DNA of 64,000 nt. Source: Pseudomonadota bacterium (GTDB lineage Bacteria > Myxococcota > JACRCW01 > JAFGSX01). Under the pieces are notes generated by a model. The model saw only the letters and a program-made list of their open reading frames with translations, searched no databases and had not been told where the DNA came from. Every line of letters begins with the position of its first letter. The stretch's first letter is position 1. Positions 59,684 to 64,000 of this stretch are shown in pieces. Position numbers and translations under genes: made by a program. The stretch lies in the NCBI GenBank assembly GCA_043821645.1, contig JBDRCO010000046.1:64001-128000 (forward strand). The letters run 5' to 3'.

Positions 59684-61735
59684 TCACATCGTCGAGCGGA
59701 AGCGCACCGTGTAAGCCGCGCAGCCCGGTTGCTGGCCCGGGGTCACGCGCACGCGCACGGTCACGTCGCGGTTGTCGTCGCCACCGCAGCTCGTGTTGGT
59801 GTACTTCCAGGTTCTCAGGCCGCACTGCTCGCTGCCCAGACCACAGCCGCTGCCCGAGGTCTGGTGGTCGATCGAGGAGACGCAGAATTCCACCCCCGCC
59901 GGTGCCGTGGTGAAGCTGACCTCGATCTCGCCATCGTCCTCCCACGGCCAGCAGAAATTCGAGTGGTCCTCGGCGAAGAAGGCATAGGTGTCCATGTCAT
60001 TGGGATCGTGCAGGTTGCCGGAGCGGGTGGTCGAGGTGTCGCTGATGGTGCCCACCTCGTGCGCGCCGGAACAGAAGCTGCCCACCTCGGGACTTTCCTC
60101 GCGGCACTCGCAGCCGTTCTTCGGATCCTGATCTGCGTCGTGGTAGGCACTCTGGCAGGTCCCGATCTGGCAGCTGCCGGTGATGCAACTCGGCGTGGCA
60201 TTGGGCATGGTGCAACCCTGCTCGCAGGTCACCCCCGTGCCCGTGACCTGGACCTCGGTGCGGGTGTAATCGATGCTGTTGCTCTCGACGACGAGCAGGC
60301 CCTGCGCGGGTCCCAGAGTGTAGGCCGTGTAGCTGATCTGCGCCTCGATCGGTGGAGCGCCGGGCAGCAGCTGGTCCGGGACCTGCGGCCGGGACACCAG
60401 GGTGAACTGCGTCGAGGAGCCGACCTCGAAGCGCACGTCGCGCAGGTCCAGAGTGCCGTGACCGACGTTGCTCAGTTGCACGGTGGCGGTCTCGCTCGAC
60501 CAGCCCTGTACCAGGGTCCCGAAGGCCACCGGGTCCGGCGATACCACCAGCCGCGGAGCCTCGACGAAGGCACTCAGGGGGATCGCGCGCTGCGGGCGCA
60601 GGGGATCATTGCTGTCCAGGTGCAGGATGCCGGTGACTGCACCGCCCACCGATGCTGCCAGGGTCAGCTCCAGGGTGGTCTGCTCGAAAGATCCCACCGG
60701 GGGCAGCTCGACCCCGTCACTGGACACCGCGAAACCGACGTTGCCGCCAGCCACCAGGTTTGGCGTCACGAACAGGGGAACGCCACCGCCGTTGCGCAGC
60801 ACGATCTGGGTGCTCTTGGGGGTCTGGAAGCGCGTCGAACCCAGATCCACGAGGGTCGGCGTCACCTCGAGGACGGGCACGTTCATGGCCGTGCCGAACA
60901 GCCGCAACGCCACCTCCGGGTACACCGGGTCGCTGGTGCGCACCAGCACCTGCGCGCTGTACAGGCGCAGGTCCGCAGCCGTGGAACCGGGCAGCAGCTG
61001 CAGGGTCACCCGCGTGTCCTCGCCGGGGTTGACGAAGCGCTGCTCGGGACCGAGCGGCGCAAAGTAGAACGCCGGTTCAAAGGGATCGCCGGGCATCACC
61101 TCGAACAGCTCCAGGATGGCGTTGCCGTTGGTCTGGTTGGACAGGATCAGGTCCAGTTCCCCGACGGTGCCACCGGGCACGTAGCCGAAGTTGAGGGTCA
61201 GGTCCTCCTCGACCAGATCCACCCGCTCGTCGGGCGCGCTGCCATCGCGGAACAGGCCCAGCACCGGGTCCCCGTTCTGCCGTACGCGCAGGGGCAACTC
61301 CACAGGTCCCGCATTGGAATTCTCGGGAGGCTGGGCGGCCGTGATCACGCGCAGCAGACCGTAGTCGCGCTCGGCGTCGAGGGGGCGGTAGGTGACGGTG
61401 AGGCTGGTGCCCTGACCAGGACCCAGGTCCCAGGGCAGGGGCTGCGCGGCAGACAGCGAGAAGTCCGCGCTGGTGCCGGCGGTGAGCTGGGCGCTGACCA
61501 CCGACAGCACGCCGCCACCCCGGTTCTCCACCTTGACCTCGCGGCTCTGGTTGCAGCCAATGGCCACGCAGTCGAAGCCCAGCCCGAAGGCAGGCGCCAC
61601 GTAGAGCACGGGGGGGGTGGTGGGCTTGGACGTGGGATCGCAGCTATCGCCCTCGCAGGTCTGCACCGGCTGGCCCGGGCAGGCCGCGGCGTCGAGCACG
61701 AGCAGCAGCCCCGCCATGATCCCGCGCAGCTTCAC
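59684..61735 (-). CDS. Lipoprotein with tandem choice-of-anchor-D/ASH Ig-like domains and a Cys-rich C-terminal module
   Basis: Lipobox AAAC and repeated 'FG.V...N.G...L...S.DP' units. Confidence 0.8.
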   Translation of the reverse strand: MKLRGIMAGLLLVLDAAACPGQPVQTCEGDSCDPTSKPTTPPVLYVAPAFGLGFDCVAIGCNQSREVKVENRGGGVLSVVSAQLTAGTSADFSLSAAQPLPWDLGPGQGTSLTVTYRPLDAERDYGLLRVITAAQPPENSNAGPVELPLRVRQNGDPVLGLFRDGSAPDERVDLVEEDLTLNFGYVPGGTVGELDLILSNQTNGNAILELFEVMPGDPFEPAFYFAPLGPEQRFVNPGEDTRVTLQLLPGSTAADLRLYSAQVLVRTSDPVYPEVALRLFGTAMNVPVLEVTPTLVDLGSTRFQTPKSTQIVLRNGGGVPLFVTPNLVAGGNVGFAVSSDGVELPPVGSFEQTTLELTLAASVGGAVTGILHLDSNDPLRPQRAIPLSAFVEAPRLVVSPDPVAFGTLVQGWSSETATVQLSNVGHGTLDLRDVRFEVGSSTQFTLVSRPQVPDQLLPGAPPIEAQISYTAYTLGPAQGLLVVESNSIDYTRTEVQVTGTGVTCEQGCTMPNATPSCITGSCQIGTCQSAYHDADQDPKNGCECREESPEVGSFCSGAHEVGTISDTSTTRSGNLHDPNDMDTYAFFAEDHSNFCWPWEDDGEIEVSFTTAPAGVEFCVSSIDHQTSGSGCGLGSEQCGLRTWKYTNTSCGGDDNRDVTVRVRVTPGQQPGCAAYTVRFRSTM

Positions 61736-61768
61736 CGTGTCACTCCGTCGCCAACCGGCACAGCGGGA

Positions 61769-63679
61769 TCACGGGCAGCCCGTTTGAGGAGGCTGTGCGC
61801 CCGACACACAGTACAGGCCGTTGATCCGCTGCACGGTCACCGGGCACGAGTAGTCCCCCGCCGCACGCAGGCTGATCGAGGTCTGCGCCACCTGGGCGCC
61901 GTTGACGAAGGTCGAGATCTGGGCCCGGCTCGAGCTGTGGCTCCAGCAGTTGTTGCGGATGAACTCGGCCACGTCCTGGGCGTCGGGCGAGATCAGGCCC
62001 TCGGTCAGACCCGTGAGCAGGGCGCTGACGCCTATGCCCAGCAGGCCGGCCAGCAGGTCGGTGGGGATGCTGTCGCAGTCCTCGCGGTAGTAGGCGCAGG
62101 CCTTGAAGGTGCCAAAGGCGTCCTCGTGGGCGTCGAACAGGATCACGCGCTCGGGTTCCTCCTGCACGCCGATGGAACTCCACACCGGGTGTCCGAAGTT
62201 GGTCTGGTCGTTGGCGCCGCCGTGGGTCCAGTCGGGATTGGGGCTGGCCTTGTCCACGATCTCGCCGTAGGGGCTCTCCATGTACAGATTGACGTCGCGG
62301 AAGTCGTTGCCGAAGAACCCATCGTCACCGTTCTCGAAGATCATCTCGACCTTGAGCACGTCGTTGTTGTACGGCGACACGCCGAACCCGAGCAAGCTCA
62401 CGTTCTTGAGTGCCTCGTCCGGATCGTTGCTCTGGATCTGCAAGGTGGCGGTCACCTGGTTGAGCTGCGCGGCCTCGTAGTACACGTTCATGAAGGCCGT
62501 GCCGCCGGGGGGGATGATGGACTGCGATGGCGGCGTGTAGCGGAAGTCCGTCGACGACAGCACGGTCATGCTCACCTGCAGACTGAGGTCGCTCTGACCG
62601 TTGTTCGAGATGGTCACGGTCTCGTAGTCGGACTGGCCCAGGGTCATCTGGCCGAAGTCGATGGTGGTGTGCGAGACCTGGATCTGCGGCGGTCCTCGCG
62701 AGTCGCCCTTGAGATCGATGCAGCCGACGCCCGGGGTCGCCGTGGCGTCGCTGGCGCAGGTGCGGGTCAGGTCGTTGGAGAACACGTAGAGCACCGCGTT
62801 TGACGACGCCAGGTTGACCGGATCGTAGGTGATGGTGAAGACCTGGCTCTGATTGGCGACCAGGGCGAGGGGTGTGTCGAGGGGCCCCACGGCCGGCGCC
62901 ACGGTCATCTGCGAGGTGAGCGGGGGGTCGATGAACACGCGGCTGAGCTCCAGGGTGCCGGCGCCGACGTTGGTGACGGTCACCGTCTGCGTCGCGGGCG
63001 GATCGTTGGGCAGCACGTTGCCGAAGTCGACCAGCACCGGGTCAATGGACATGCGCGCGTGGCCCAGGCCCTCGCCACCCAGGGGAACCTCGACCAGGCC
63101 ACCGGACAGGCTCGGGTCGTCGGTGCGCAGCACCAGCACGCCGGCGTAGGTCTGCTCCACCACGGGGGTGAAGGTCAGGCGAATGGTCAGGGTGTGTCCT
63201 GGTGGAATGGACTTGGGGTAGTCCGCGACCGCGCAGTTGTCACAGGTCAGCGCCGGGTCGCTGCGGGCGCTGTCGAGCTGCGCCTGCTCGACGGTGAGCA
63301 GGCAGTCGCCGATGTTGTTGATGGTGACCGTGTCCTCGCCGAACTCGCCCACCGTCACCGTGCCAAAGTCCACGGCCGTGACGTCGAGCTGCACGATGGG
63401 GCTCAGGCCCGGCGCGCAGGCGTACACGTCGATGGACTCACACGTATGGGTGATGGGGTTGCAGATCTCGCCATCCCGGCAATCCTCGTCGCTGTTGCAC
63501 TCGTTGACCGAGCACACCCCGGCCATGCAGCGCCCGGTCGAGCACTCGCCGTCCAGCACGCAGGGCAGGCCGATGTCGCGCTTGTCCGCCGGCTTCTCGT
63601 AGATGATGACTTCGGTGTCGCAGGCGGCCCACAGGCCGCCCAGCGCCAGCACCGCGATCCCATTCCATGACATGCGCAT
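61769..63679 (-). CDS. Lipoprotein with a Cys-rich N-terminus, tandem choice-of-anchor-D/ASH domains and a C-terminal beta domain
   Basis: AGGAGG RBS, lipobox WAAC, repeated VDFG..N.G..TDDP/SNDP units. Confidence 0.8.
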   Translation of the reverse strand: MRMSWNGIAVLALGGLWAACDTEVIIYEKPADKRDIGLPCVLDGECSTGRCMAGVCSVNECNSDEDCRDGEICNPITHTCESIDVYACAPGLSPIVQLDVTAVDFGTVTVGEFGEDTVTINNIGDCLLTVEQAQLDSARSDPALTCDNCAVADYPKSIPPGHTLTIRLTFTPVVEQTYAGVLVLRTDDPSLSGGLVEVPLGGEGLGHARMSIDPVLVDFGNVLPNDPPATQTVTVTNVGAGTLELSRVFIDPPLTSQMTVAPAVGPLDTPLALVANQSQVFTITYDPVNLASSNAVLYVFSNDLTRTCASDATATPGVGCIDLKGDSRGPPQIQVSHTTIDFGQMTLGQSDYETVTISNNGQSDLSLQVSMTVLSSTDFRYTPPSQSIIPPGGTAFMNVYYEAAQLNQVTATLQIQSNDPDEALKNVSLLGFGVSPYNNDVLKVEMIFENGDDGFFGNDFRDVNLYMESPYGEIVDKASPNPDWTHGGANDQTNFGHPVWSSIGVQEEPERVILFDAHEDAFGTFKACAYYREDCDSIPTDLLAGLLGIGVSALLTGLTEGLISPDAQDVAEFIRNNCWSHSSSRAQISTFVNGAQVAQTSISLRAAGDYSCPVTVQRINGLYCVSGAQPPQTGCP

Positions 63680-63813
63680 CGTCAGGCCTCCTGGGCTTCC
63701 ATGTCCGCCACCGCGCGGCGCAGACACGGGTCCCCGCGGGACCGGGGCTGGTATGTGCCAGAGAAACGCACATTGCCCTACACCCCGGCCCACATCCAGT
63801 ATCGAGTGCGAGC

Positions 63814-63828
63814 GCAGCAGGGTTGCCA
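63814..63828 (-). promoter_or_regulatory. Possible sigma54 promoter for the choice-of-anchor-D operon
   Basis: TGGCAA-CCCTG-CTGC (GG-N10-GC), about 135 nt upstream of ATG 63679. Confidence 0.3.
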
Positions 63829-64000
63829 GGCCCAGCTGTCCCGCCCAACATATACAGTATGCCGCGTCGCTCACGATCTCACAAAGGCTCCGCACCAGCT
63901 GCCCGGGCAGGAACCCCCCACAGCAAGGACAGACCCTTCTTTCAGCCTTTTTCGGCTCTCAAGAAAACACCCACCCGGGCCGAAGCACCGCGGACCCTGC

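Noticed and set aside
63836-63862. LexA-like half site (ATATACAGTA)
   Set aside because: Only a half palindrome; the CTG-N10-CAG spacing is not met.

Overview
High-GC (about 70% by eye), densely coding chromosomal window from what looks like a Myxococcota/deltaproteobacterial genome. That assignment is inferred from the many Cys-rich lipoproteins and the FHA, TPR, PEGA, DUF3857 and choice-of-anchor-D proteins. It holds about 54 CDS and one tRNA-Ala(GGC). Recognisable genes are plsY, hemB, ogt, a PP2C phosphatase, selB, glyQS, a fadH-like reductase, acnA, sodB, deoC, an NAD kinase, two ABC transporters, two histidine kinases and an MCP. I saw no transposase, integrase, prophage, CRISPR array or rRNA. 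The best leads are: (i) a tightly coupled operon of a degenerate GxxExxY nuclease-like protein, a degenerate alkaline-phosphatase-fold protein and an active/inactive pair of giant TPR-DUF3857-transglutaminases; (ii) an envelope cluster of lytic transglycosylase, gluzincin lipoprotein, beta-barrel, PEGA lipoprotein and an ABC exporter with a PspA-like tail; (iii) a DeoC with a microcompartment-type encapsulation peptide and a Cys4 motif, with no shell genes in the window; (iv) five apparent pseudoenzymes in the window. All family calls come from motifs read by eye; no database searches were run.
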